Positions 56,121-64,000 of a stretch of 64,000 nucleotides of DNA are shown in pieces. Numbering within the stretch: the first letter of the stretch is position 1; each line of letters starts with the position of its first letter. The notes beneath the pieces are model-generated. The model had not been told where the DNA came from and did not search any database. It was given only the letters and a program-made list of their open reading frames with translations. The position numbers and the translations under genes are program-made. Location of the stretch: contig OY970399.1 in the NCBI GenBank assembly GCA_963720545.1, positions 1,792,001 through 1,856,000 of the forward strand. Direction: 5' to 3'. Source of the DNA: an uncultured Acidobacteriota bacterium. Lineage in GTDB: Bacteria > Acidobacteriota > Vicinamibacteria > Fen-336.

Positions 56121-56121
56121 C

Positions 56122-58875
56122 CTAGAAGTCGACCTGCGCCCCGATCTGGATGGTGCGCGGCCGGCGCGCGGTGATGGGCTGGCCGAACAGCGTCGAGCGG
56201 ATGCTGCCCTGGTAAGCCGAGTAGTTCACCTTGTTGGTGAGGTTGAACGCCTCGCCGTACAGCTTGAAGGTCAGCTCCTTGACACGCACCGACTTGGCGA
56301 GGCGCGCGTCGATCGCGAAGTAGCCGCCGGCGATGCCGGCGTTCTTCCCCAGGTTGCCCTGCACGCCGGGACCCGTGCCGGGATCGACGTAGGCGCCGTT
56401 CACGAGGTTGGGGCGGTCGGCGAGCACGCCGTCGCCGTTGTTGTCGCGGCCGGTCGTGATGTTGAAGCGGCGCGAGCTGTTGTACTGCATGACGCCGCTG
56501 AGCTCGAAGCCGAGCGGCATCTTGAAGAGCCCGCTGAGCGTGACGTGATGGCGTTCGTCGTCGTCGGCGTTGAGGCCGGAGGTCGCCGACAGCGCCTTCT
56601 CCGCGTCGGGGTTGTACCAGGCCTGCGGCCCGCCGCCCTGGGTGATGTACTCGGGCCAGGTGTCGTCCATGGTCTTCGACAGCGTGTACGCGAGGCTGAA
56701 CTGGTAGTTGTTCGACATGCGCTTCTCGAGGCGCATCAACAGGCCGTCGTACCACATGTGGCCGTTGGTGTCGTAGACCCAGTACTGCGCGAAGTCGGGG
56801 CGCGGCTTCAGCCCCGTGACCGGATCGGGGAAGTTCTTGTCGGCGGCGCGCGTGTAGTGCTTGCCGCGCGTGTGCACGAAGTCGGCGGTGAGCGCGAAGT
56901 TGTGCCCGAGTTCGCGGGCGACGCCGAGGCTCAGCTGGTCGGCGAACGCCGTCACTTCGTTGCCGTCGCTGTAGCCGCCCGACTTCAGCGGCGTCACCAC
57001 CGTCGAGCCGCCGCGCGGGTTGGGCCCGGAGGGATCGGGGAAGCCGGGGTTCACCAGCACCACCTGGTTGGTGGTGCCAATGCCGTCCGGCGGCGGCGCG
57101 CCCTGCACGATCATGTTCACGCCGAGGTTGCCGTTGAGGCGGTAGTAGAAGCGCCCGAAGCCGCCGCGCACCGAGGTCTTGCGGCTGCCGCCCGGCGTCC
57201 ACGCGAACGAGACGCGCGGCGCGATGTTGTTGTTGTCGGGAAAGTTCTTGAAGGTCGCGACCGAATCGCCCGACTCGCGGTCGTAGCGCAGGCCGAAGTT
57301 GAGCGTCAGGTCGGGGTTGGCCTTCCACGAATCCTCGACGAACATGCCGAAGACGTTGCCGTCCACCGAGGCGTCGCCGGTGCCGGTGGCCACGGTGTAG
57401 CGGATCGGGTAGGTGCTGGCGTCGGCGGCGTTGAACGGCTTGTCGGTGTCAAACACATACTGGCCGGTGAAGAAGCTCTCGAACAGCCACTTCGAGCCGT
57501 AGACGCGCTGCAGGTTGATGCCGCCCTTGACCGAGTGGTTGCCGGAGACGCGGGTGATGGTGTCGAGCAGCTGGATCTTCTTCTCGAGCTGGCCGAAGGC
57601 GCCGCTGGCGGTGCGGCCCGTGAGCGAACTGGGCCGCGAGATCTCGGGGCCGACATCGGAGTTGGGCAGCGCCACGCGGCTGTTCTTCTGCCACTGGATG
57701 CGCAGTTCGTTGACGACGCTCGGCGAGAGCACGCCGATGTCGCTGAGGATGACGTTGTCGTTGCGGTTGGGGCGCGTGTAGCCGTTCTCGATCTGGCGGA
57801 TGCCGCCGACGTTCGCGTTTTCGGTGGTGTTCTTGTCGAGCAGGTAGGAGAACTGCATGGTGTGCTTGTCGTTCAGCTGGTGGCTCACCTTGGAGAAGAT
57901 GCTCCAGCCGCGCAGCGGCGAGATCAGGTTCTGCGACGGCCCGCCGTTGGGATCGCGCAGCGTGAGCGGCGAATCCTGCTGCAGGCGCTCTGCCGCGACG
58001 AAGAAGTGCGTGCGGTCCTTGACGATCGGGCCGCCGAGGGTAAGGCCGTACTGCTTGGTTTTGGCGGTTGGCTTCGGCAGGGTGCGCGCGAAGTAGTTCT
58101 TGGCGTTCCAGGTGCCGTCCTGCGCGTAGCCGAAGACGCGGCCGTGCAGCTCGTTGGTGCCCGAGCGGGTCACGACGTTGACGGCGCCGCCCAGCGCGCG
58201 GCCGAACTCGGCCGAGAACTGATTGGTGAGCACCTGCACCTCGGCAACCGCGTCCTGCGTCACCCGGCTCTGCGCGCCGGCGACCGATTCCTGGTCGTTC
58301 TCGACGCCGTCCACCTTCCAGGTGTTGGCGTAGTAGGCGTTGCCGCCGATGCGCGGGTTGGCGGTTTCGGTGCTGCGCACGCCGGGCGCCAGCGCCACCA
58401 GGTTCTGGTAGTTGCGGCCAAGGCTCGGGATCGCGTCGACTTCGGCGGTCTTGATGGTCTTGCCGATGACGCCGTCGGTGGTGGAGATGAGCGGTGAGCC
58501 TCCTTCGACCGTGACTTCCTCGCTGACGGTCGCGACCGTCATGTTGAAGTCGATTTCGACCTTCTGGTTGACGCTCAGGTCGAGGCCTTCGCGGGCGACG
58601 GTGTTGAAACCCTGCATCGCCACAGTCACCTTGTACGGACCGGGCGGCAGGCTCAGCAGCGTGAAGCGGCCGTGCGCGGTGGACACGGCGACGCGCTCGA
58701 AGCCGGTGCCGGTGTTGCGCGCGGTCACGGTGGCGCCGGGCAGCAGGCCACCCGAGCCGTCCTTCACCAGGCCGGAGATCTCGGCGGTGACCGCCTGCGC
58801 ATGTGCCGCCGCCGGCAGCAGCACCGCCGCCGCCACTATCAGGGTTGCCGCCACTCGCTTCATCAGCGCGCTCAT
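56122..58875 (-). CDS. Oar-like TonB-dependent receptor with carboxypeptidase-regulatory N-domain
   Basis: GLVKDGSGGLLPGATVT, SAEFGRALGG.VNVVTRSGTN, LTLNFGLRYD, APRVSFAW, C-terminal F; AGGAGG RBS. Confidence 0.93.
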   Translation of the reverse strand: MSALMKRVAATLIVAAAVLLPAAAHAQAVTAEISGLVKDGSGGLLPGATVTARNTGTGFERVAVSTAHGRFTLLSLPPGPYKVTVAMQGFNTVAREGLDLSVNQKVEIDFNMTVATVSEEVTVEGGSPLISTTDGVIGKTIKTAEVDAIPSLGRNYQNLVALAPGVRSTETANPRIGGNAYYANTWKVDGVENDQESVAGAQSRVTQDAVAEVQVLTNQFSAEFGRALGGAVNVVTRSGTNELHGRVFGYAQDGTWNAKNYFARTLPKPTAKTKQYGLTLGGPIVKDRTHFFVAAERLQQDSPLTLRDPNGGPSQNLISPLRGWSIFSKVSHQLNDKHTMQFSYLLDKNTTENANVGGIRQIENGYTRPNRNDNVILSDIGVLSPSVVNELRIQWQKNSRVALPNSDVGPEISRPSSLTGRTASGAFGQLEKKIQLLDTITRVSGNHSVKGGINLQRVYGSKWLFESFFTGQYVFDTDKPFNAADASTYPIRYTVATGTGDASVDGNVFGMFVEDSWKANPDLTLNFGLRYDRESGDSVATFKNFPDNNNIAPRVSFAWTPGGSRKTSVRGGFGRFYYRLNGNLGVNMIVQGAPPPDGIGTTNQVVLVNPGFPDPSGPNPRGGSTVVTPLKSGGYSDGNEVTAFADQLSLGVARELGHNFALTADFVHTRGKHYTRAADKNFPDPVTGLKPRPDFAQYWVYDTNGHMWYDGLLMRLEKRMSNNYQFSLAYTLSKTMDDTWPEYITQGGGPQAWYNPDAEKALSATSGLNADDDERHHVTLSGLFKMPLGFELSGVMQYNSSRRFNITTGRDNNGDGVLADRPNLVNGAYVDPGTGPGVQGNLGKNAGIAGGYFAIDARLAKSVRVKELTFKLYGEAFNLTNKVNYSAYQGSIRSTLFGQPITARRPRTIQIGAQVDF

Positions 58876-58912
58876 CTTGCCTCCTGCAGGTGCGTCCCGT
58901 TCTCCCGGGGAC

Positions 58913-58933
58913 GCGTCTCATACTGTGAGACGC
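58913..58933. promoter_or_regulatory. putative IclR operator upstream of the TonB-dependent receptor
   Basis: Perfect inverted repeat GCGTCTCA-N5-TGAGACGC between promoter and RBS. Confidence 0.6.
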
Positions 58934-58947
58934 TGTCTTGAACGATG

Positions 58948-58975
58948 ATTCTCCGTCGTAGCGAAGCGTTGTCAA
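58948..58975 (-). promoter_or_regulatory. sigma70-type promoter TTGACA-N16-GAGAAT for the receptor operon
   Basis: Minus-strand TTGACA at 58975-58970 and GAGAAT at 58953-58948. Confidence 0.55.
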
Positions 58976-59010
58976 GCGAAAATCACGCAGCGCGCGGCGC
59001 CGCGCCGCTG

Positions 59011-60075
59011 TTACCAGCCGGCGAGCCGGTCGAAGTACGACTGCAGGTCCGCGGCGTCGGTGGCGCGTCCAATCGCAAGGATCAACAGCAGCCGCGCCTT
59101 GAAGCCGTCGAGGTCCTGGCCGTTCAGCACGCCGAGGGCGGCGGCGTCCTCGCCGAGCTCCACCCTGCCGCCGCGAGTGCGCGTCGTGAAAGCCACCACC
59201 ACGCCCTGGCGGCGGGCCTCTGCAACCGCCTGCATCACCGCTGGTGGAACGTTTCCGCGGCCGAAAACCTCGAGCACCAGGCCGCGTGCGCCCGCGGCGA
59301 CCGCGGCGCGCACCAACCGGCCGTCGCTGCCGGCGACCAGCGTGATGAGCTCGACGTCGACACTGACGTTGACCTCGACATTCGCTTCCATGGATCCAAT
59401 CGGCAGTGTCAGGCGGCGCGCCGGCTTGCGTCCGATGACGACGTGCGCGCCGTCCACGTAGCCGACGGGCCCGTACTCCGGCGACTTGAATGCGTCGAGC
59501 GCGACCGAGTGCGTCTTGCGGACGTCGCGCGCGGCGTGGATCTCGGAATTGAGCGTCACCAGGACGCCGAGGCCCTTCGTCACGGGTGAAGCGGCGATGC
59601 GGAACGCGTTCAGCAGGTTGCGCGGCCCGTCCGAGTCGGGTTCGCGCGGCGGCCGCTGCGCCGCGGCGAACACCACCGGCCGCTGTTCGTCGCCGGTGAG
59701 CAAGTCGCAGACGAACGCGGTCTCCTCGAGCGAGTCGGTGCCGTGGGTGACGACGATGCCGGCGAGCCCGGGGTCTTTCGCGAAGCGCTCGCGGATGCGC
59801 GCCGCGAGCCGCACCTGCAGCTGCGGCGTCATCTGCGAGCTGGGCAAGTTCGCGAAGTCCTCGACCTCGACGGTGGCGACCTCGCCGAGCCCCGGTATCG
59901 CAGCCACCAGCGCCTTGCCGTCGAGCCGGCCGCTGCCGCCGCCTGCAATGGTGCCGCCGGTCGCGAGCAGCGCTACGTGCGGCGGCGCTGCGGCAGCGCT
60001 CGCGGCGGGCGCTTGCGCCAGCGCCGCACCACCCGCGAAGACGACGAGCAACGCGAGGCGCGCCGGCGCCCTCAT
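59011..60075 (-). CDS. exported asparaginase
   Basis: Signal peptide; ATGGTIAG, VTHGTDSLEE, DGPRNL, VRKTHS, GRGN. Confidence 0.92.
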   Translation of the reverse strand: MRAPARLALLVVFAGGAALAQAPAASAAAAPPHVALLATGGTIAGGGSGRLDGKALVAAIPGLGEVATVEVEDFANLPSSQMTPQLQVRLAARIRERFAKDPGLAGIVVTHGTDSLEETAFVCDLLTGDEQRPVVFAAAQRPPREPDSDGPRNLLNAFRIAASPVTKGLGVLVTLNSEIHAARDVRKTHSVALDAFKSPEYGPVGYVDGAHVVIGRKPARRLTLPIGSMEANVEVNVSVDVELITLVAGSDGRLVRAAVAAGARGLVLEVFGRGNVPPAVMQAVAEARRQGVVVAFTTRTRGGRVELGEDAAALGVLNGQDLDGFKARLLLILAIGRATDAADLQSYFDRLAGW

Positions 60076-61784
60076 GCCTGCGAGTGAACCGTCTGGCCGC
60101 CGACCACCGTGCGCACCACCGGAATGTTCTTGATGGTATCGGGGTCGCCCTCGTGCGGATCGCGCCCGAGCTCGACGAAGTCGGCGAGCTTCGCGGCGCC
60201 AATCGAGCCCTTGATGCGCTCCTCGAACGACGCGTAAGCGCCACCCATGGTGCAGATCTGCAGCGCCTCGGGCACCGTGATGCGCTGGTTCGCGCCCCAC
60301 ACCCGGCCGGCGTAGTCCTTGCGCGTCACCATGCTCTGGATCGCCATCATCGGCTCGTACGGGCCGGGAATGTAGTCGGAAGCGGGCGCCACGTGGATCC
60401 CGTAGTCGAGGAACGAGCGGTGCGCGAACATGTGCTGCATCTTTTCCTGCCCGTACGCGACCCAGTTGTTCCCGTGGTAGTGCACGTACGTGTAAAACGG
60501 CGTCGGGATGACGTCCTGCGCCTTGATGCGGCGCAGCAGGTCGTCGTTGACCAACGAGCAGTGCTCGATGCGAAAGCGCGGATCGGGGCGCGGGAACAGG
60601 CGCTGGGCGCGCTCGTAAGCTTTCAGCACCATGTCGATCGCAACGTCGCCGTTGGCGTGGATGCCGATCTGAAAGCGGTGGCGGTGCGCGTCCTCGACCG
60701 CGGCGTCGATCGCGTCCTGCTCCATGTAAAGGATCCCGTAGTCGTTGGGCTTGTCGGCGAACGGCGTGCTCATGCGCATGGTGCGCTCCTGCGCCGAGCC
60801 ATCGGCGAGCCACTTCGCGCCGCCGAGCCTGAGCCGGTCGCTGCCGAAGCCGGTGTAGAAGCCGGCGTCGCGCATCTGCTTGTAGATCGGCGAATAGCCC
60901 TGCGGCATGACGTACGCGCGAAACAGCAACTCGCCTGCCCGGTGGCAGTCCTGGTACGAGGTGAGGTGCTCGGGCGACGCCTCGGCGTCGGTGACGGAGG
61001 TGAGCCCGGCGGCGGTCATCAGCTTGGCCATCACCGCCAGGCCGCGCTGCCGTTCGGCGCGGTCCGGCCCAGGCGGCATGAGCTTCGTGAACGGTTCGTT
61101 GGCCGAGGCGGCGAGATAGCCGTCGAGCTGGCCGTTGCTGCGGCCGATGCGGCCGCCCTTCGGGTCGGGCGTGTCGATGGTGATGCCGCCGAGCGCCAGC
61201 GCCCGGCTGTTGTACCAGCTGGTGTGGCCGCCGCGGTGCATCACCCGCACCGGGTTGTCCGGCGCCGCCTCGTCGAGGTCGGCGCGCGTCAGGCGCCGGC
61301 CCTCGGCCACCTTGGTGTCGTCGTACTTGGCGCCGACGATCCATGCGCCCTGCGGTGTCTTCGCGGCCTGCGCGCGGATCTTCTCCTTGATTTGCGCGAT
61401 CGACGGCAAATCCATGTTGAGTGCGCTGACCTCGACGGTGCCGCCCCACGCCGGGTGCGAGTGCGCGTCGATGAAACCCGGCACCACGGTGTGCCCGTCG
61501 GCGTCGCGCACTTCTGTTTGCGGCCCCTTGAGGTTGAGCACGTCGGCAGACGCGCCGACGGCTGTGAACTTGCCGTCGGTCACCGCGAACGCTTCGGCGC
61601 GCGGCTGCCCCGGGTCGGAGGTATAGACACGCGCGTTGTGGACGATGAGATCGGGCCGCGTGGGCGTGATGCCCGCGGCGGCCGCGTCTTTCGCCAGCAG
61701 CTCGTCGGCTCCTGCCCCGCTCGCGAGCCATGCGGCGGCGCCGCCGCTGCCGCGCAGGAATGCGCCGCGGCCGCCTCGCTTCAC
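60072..61784 (-). CDS. metal-dependent amidohydrolase (Amidohydro_3, YtcJ-like)
   Basis: PGFIDAHSH, IHANGD, RIEHC, ASDY, KLADFV; GGAGG RBS. Confidence 0.92.
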   Translation of the reverse strand: MKRGGRGAFLRGSGGAAAWLASGAGADELLAKDAAAAGITPTRPDLIVHNARVYTSDPGQPRAEAFAVTDGKFTAVGASADVLNLKGPQTEVRDADGHTVVPGFIDAHSHPAWGGTVEVSALNMDLPSIAQIKEKIRAQAAKTPQGAWIVGAKYDDTKVAEGRRLTRADLDEAAPDNPVRVMHRGGHTSWYNSRALALGGITIDTPDPKGGRIGRSNGQLDGYLAASANEPFTKLMPPGPDRAERQRGLAVMAKLMTAAGLTSVTDAEASPEHLTSYQDCHRAGELLFRAYVMPQGYSPIYKQMRDAGFYTGFGSDRLRLGGAKWLADGSAQERTMRMSTPFADKPNDYGILYMEQDAIDAAVEDAHRHRFQIGIHANGDVAIDMVLKAYERAQRLFPRPDPRFRIEHCSLVNDDLLRRIKAQDVIPTPFYTYVHYHGNNWVAYGQEKMQHMFAHRSFLDYGIHVAPASDYIPGPYEPMMAIQSMVTRKDYAGRVWGANQRITVPEALQICTMGGAYASFEERIKGSIGAAKLADFVELGRDPHEGDPDTIKNIPVVRTVVGGQTVHSQA

Positions 61785-62626
61785 CTTGACCTCCGGAGGC
61801 CAGGACGCGCCACATCCGCGAGTGCCAGCGGGCCGTAGCCGAGGCGTGCGGAAATGAGGTCGGCCGTCTTGCGCAGCTTGGCCGCGACCGCCGGCAGCAT
61901 GGCTGGGCGCAGCCGCGAGCTGGGTCCGGCGACGCTGATGGCCGCGGCGACGCTGCCCGAGTGATCGCGGATCACGGCACCGACGCTGACGAGGCCGAGG
62001 TCCATCTCGCCGTCCGAGGTGGCATAGCCGCGCTTGCGCACCAGCTTGAGGTCGTCGATGAGCGCCGCCACGGTGCGGTGGGTCTTGTCGGTGTAGCGCT
62101 TCAGTGCACGGGTGCCCAGCAGCTTCTCGACCGAGGCATCGTCGAGCTCGGCGAGCATCGCCTTGCCGAGCGACATGGCGTGCGCGCCGAACACGCGCCC
62201 GGGGGGCGAAGGTGCCGCGCTCGACTGCGGCCCAGTGTTGTCCAGCAGCACCACCTGGTCGCCGTCCATGACCGCGAGGTGCACGGTCTCGCCCACTTCG
62301 ACCGCGAGGCGCGTCATGAACGGGCGGGCGATGTCGCGCAGGTTGAGGCGCGCCACCGCCTGTTCGCCGAGCTTCACGAGCTGCAGCCCGAGGTGGTAGC
62401 GGCCGGAGAACGGATCCTGCTCCACCAGGCGGTTGTGCTGCAGCGCCATGAGGATGCGGTGCGCCGTGGCCTTGTGCAGCCCGGTCTGGTCGGCCACGTC
62501 CTTGACGTTCAACTCCGGATGGCCGGTGTCGAAGCAGTTGAGGATGGCGGCGGCGCGATCGAGCGCCTGGATGCGGTAGCGGCTGGCGGCGGCGGGGCGC
62601 GGCTTGTCTGGTTGTCTCTTGGCCAT
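61781..62626 (-). CDS. IclR family transcriptional regulator
   Basis: IQALDRAAAIL, TGLHKATAHRIL, GETVHLAV, SLGKAMLA, RKRGYA, AAISVAGP. Confidence 0.94.
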   Translation of the reverse strand: MAKRQPDKPRPAAASRYRIQALDRAAAILNCFDTGHPELNVKDVADQTGLHKATAHRILMALQHNRLVEQDPFSGRYHLGLQLVKLGEQAVARLNLRDIARPFMTRLAVEVGETVHLAVMDGDQVVLLDNTGPQSSAAPSPPGRVFGAHAMSLGKAMLAELDDASVEKLLGTRALKRYTDKTHRTVAALIDDLKLVRKRGYATSDGEMDLGLVSVGAVIRDHSGSVAAAISVAGPSSRLRPAMLPAVAAKLRKTADLISARLGYGPLALADVARPGLRRSR

Positions 62627-62650
62627 ATCCTGGGATCCGGTTGGAGGCGG

Positions 62651-62680
62651 ATGGTAAGGCGGCGGCTTCACCGCCGTCAA
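62651..62680 (-). promoter_or_regulatory. sigma70-type promoter TTGACG-N18-TACCAT for iclR
   Basis: Minus-strand hexamers at 62680-62675 and 62656-62651; GGCGG-TGAAG-CCGCC hairpin in the spacer. Confidence 0.5.
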
Positions 62681-62694
62681 TCGGCGCTGCGTTT

Positions 62695-64000
62695 TCACGG
62701 GCGCTTGCCGCCGTCGGCGCCGGTTTCACAACCGCCGCCGGCAACGACTGGAAGCTGGAGCGCCGACGGGCGGCGAACGTCGCGATAGATGCGCTGCGTT
62801 GCCGGACGGTAGTCCGCGGCCGCCGCGTGGTAGACGTCCACGAACTTCTGCGGGTTGCGGTCGAACATCGGGAACCAGCTGCTTTGCACCTGCACCATCA
62901 GGCGATGGCCCTTCAGGAAAGTGTGATAGCGGTCGCCGAGGGTGAAGCGCAGCTTCGCCGGCACCCCCGGCTGCATCGGCTTCGGGTCGGAAAGGCTGTC
63001 GCGGAACTTCGCGCGCAGGATCTCTCCCACCAGCAGCATCTGGTAGCCGCCCATGCGCAGCGCGAGCGGATTGGGGTCCGGGTCCTTCGCGTCATCGGGA
63101 ACACGTCGATCAGCTTCACCACGAAATCGGAGTCGGTGCCGCTGGTCGCCGCATACAGCTCGACCGGCGTCGGCCCGGCGATCGTCAGGTCGGCGGCAAG
63201 CGGTTCGCTCTCGTACACGAGCACGTCGGGGCGGCTCGACACGAAGCGCTGGTCTTCGACGGCGAAGCGCCGGCCCTCGCCGGTGAGGATCTGCGCCGTG
63301 TAGGGCACGGGCCGGCGCGGGTCGCTCACGTACTCGTCGTGCGCCGACGCCGGGGCGGCGGCCGCGCGGTCGAAGGACAGGGTTCCGCGCGGACCCAGGT
63401 AGAGCGGCTTCGCCGCGACGCCTGCCGGCGGCCACTCGGAGCAGCGGCGCCACTTGTTACCGCCGGTCTCGAACATCAGCGCCTTCGGCAGGTCCACCTG
63501 GCCGCGGTCTTTCAGGTATTGCACGAACATCGGCAGCTCGATGTCGCGCCGAAACTGTTCGCCGGTCTTCACGGCGAACGGAATGCCCGCGAACTCGTCG
63601 CCCGCGTTGCGCGCCCAGCCGCCGTGATCCCAGGGCCCCACCACCAGGTGCGCCTGGTTGCCCGGGCTCAGGTTCTGCAGGCCGTGGAACATGAGGAAGG
63701 GGCCGGCAAAGTCCTCGGCGTCGAACCAGCCGCCGACGATGAGCACGGGATGCTTCACGCCCTTGAGGTGCTGCGGCACGTTGCGCAGCTTCCAGTACTC
63801 GTCGTACGTGCCGTGCTTCATGAAGTCGTCGTAGGTGGGCACGCCGTCGCCGAAGTATTTCTTCGCGTTGGCGGCCGCGCCGAGCTCGAGGAAGAAGCGG
63901 TAGCCGTCGGGCGTGCCGAAGTCGAACTCGACCGCCGGCTTGTCGGTCGGCGCCTGGCGGAGGGTGGCGTTCTCCGCCATCCAGTTGAATCCGTATGCGA
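62695..64000 (-). CDS. CocE/NonD family hydrolase, 5'-truncated by window edge, with a 1-nt frameshift near 63097-63099
   Basis: VGGWFDAED, VGPWDHGGW, YVSDP, SRPDVLVY and DFVVKLIDV in one frame; GHRLMVQVQSSWFPMFDRNPQ in another. Confidence 0.88.

Noticed and set aside
55774..58497. Long antisense ORFs (e.g. 55774-58497, 37575-40271, 27704-30298, 9026-11677, 52988-55057)
   Set aside because: They mirror well-supported genes on the other strand or frame, are Arg/Ala/Gly-rich without motifs, and are expected from high-GC codon bias.
1..64000. tRNA, rRNA, riboswitch, CRISPR array or insertion sequence
   Set aside because: Intergenic gaps are short (under about 180 bp) and none showed such signatures by eye; a covariance-model scan was not run.

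Overview
High-GC (roughly 70% by eye, not computed), densely coding bacterial chromosome segment with about 57 genes. A PadR/ADOP-permease pair and an Oar-like TonB-dependent receptor point to Acidobacteriota (inference). I found no rRNA, tRNA, CRISPR array, transposase, integrase or prophage gene. Main blocks: a glsB-like/D-Ala-D-Ala dipeptidase/LemA/TPM envelope operon; an orphan MglA-like GTPase; a Ser/Thr kinase-PEGA-TonB fusion; PadR+ADOP; a GldAFG-like ABC cluster with DUF4340; Ku, MerR-TPR and UdgB repair genes; a MacAB-type ABC exporter; a CPA1 antiporter fused to a UBP zinc finger; a GMC dehydrogenase pair; AcvB-MprF; a divergent Rho; and a >14 kb IclR/TonB-receptor locus of peptidases, amidases, asparaginase and Asp/Glu racemase. 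The best candidate for an undescribed system is 43526-45906. There, a small Sec-exported precursor (PA2779-like, double-glycine site followed by a 23-aa very hydrophobic core) sits next to a single protein joining a C39 cysteine peptidase, TPRs, a POTRA domain and an Omp85-type beta-barrel, suggesting a dedicated cleave-and-insert/export machine. All family calls come from motif reading; no searches were run.
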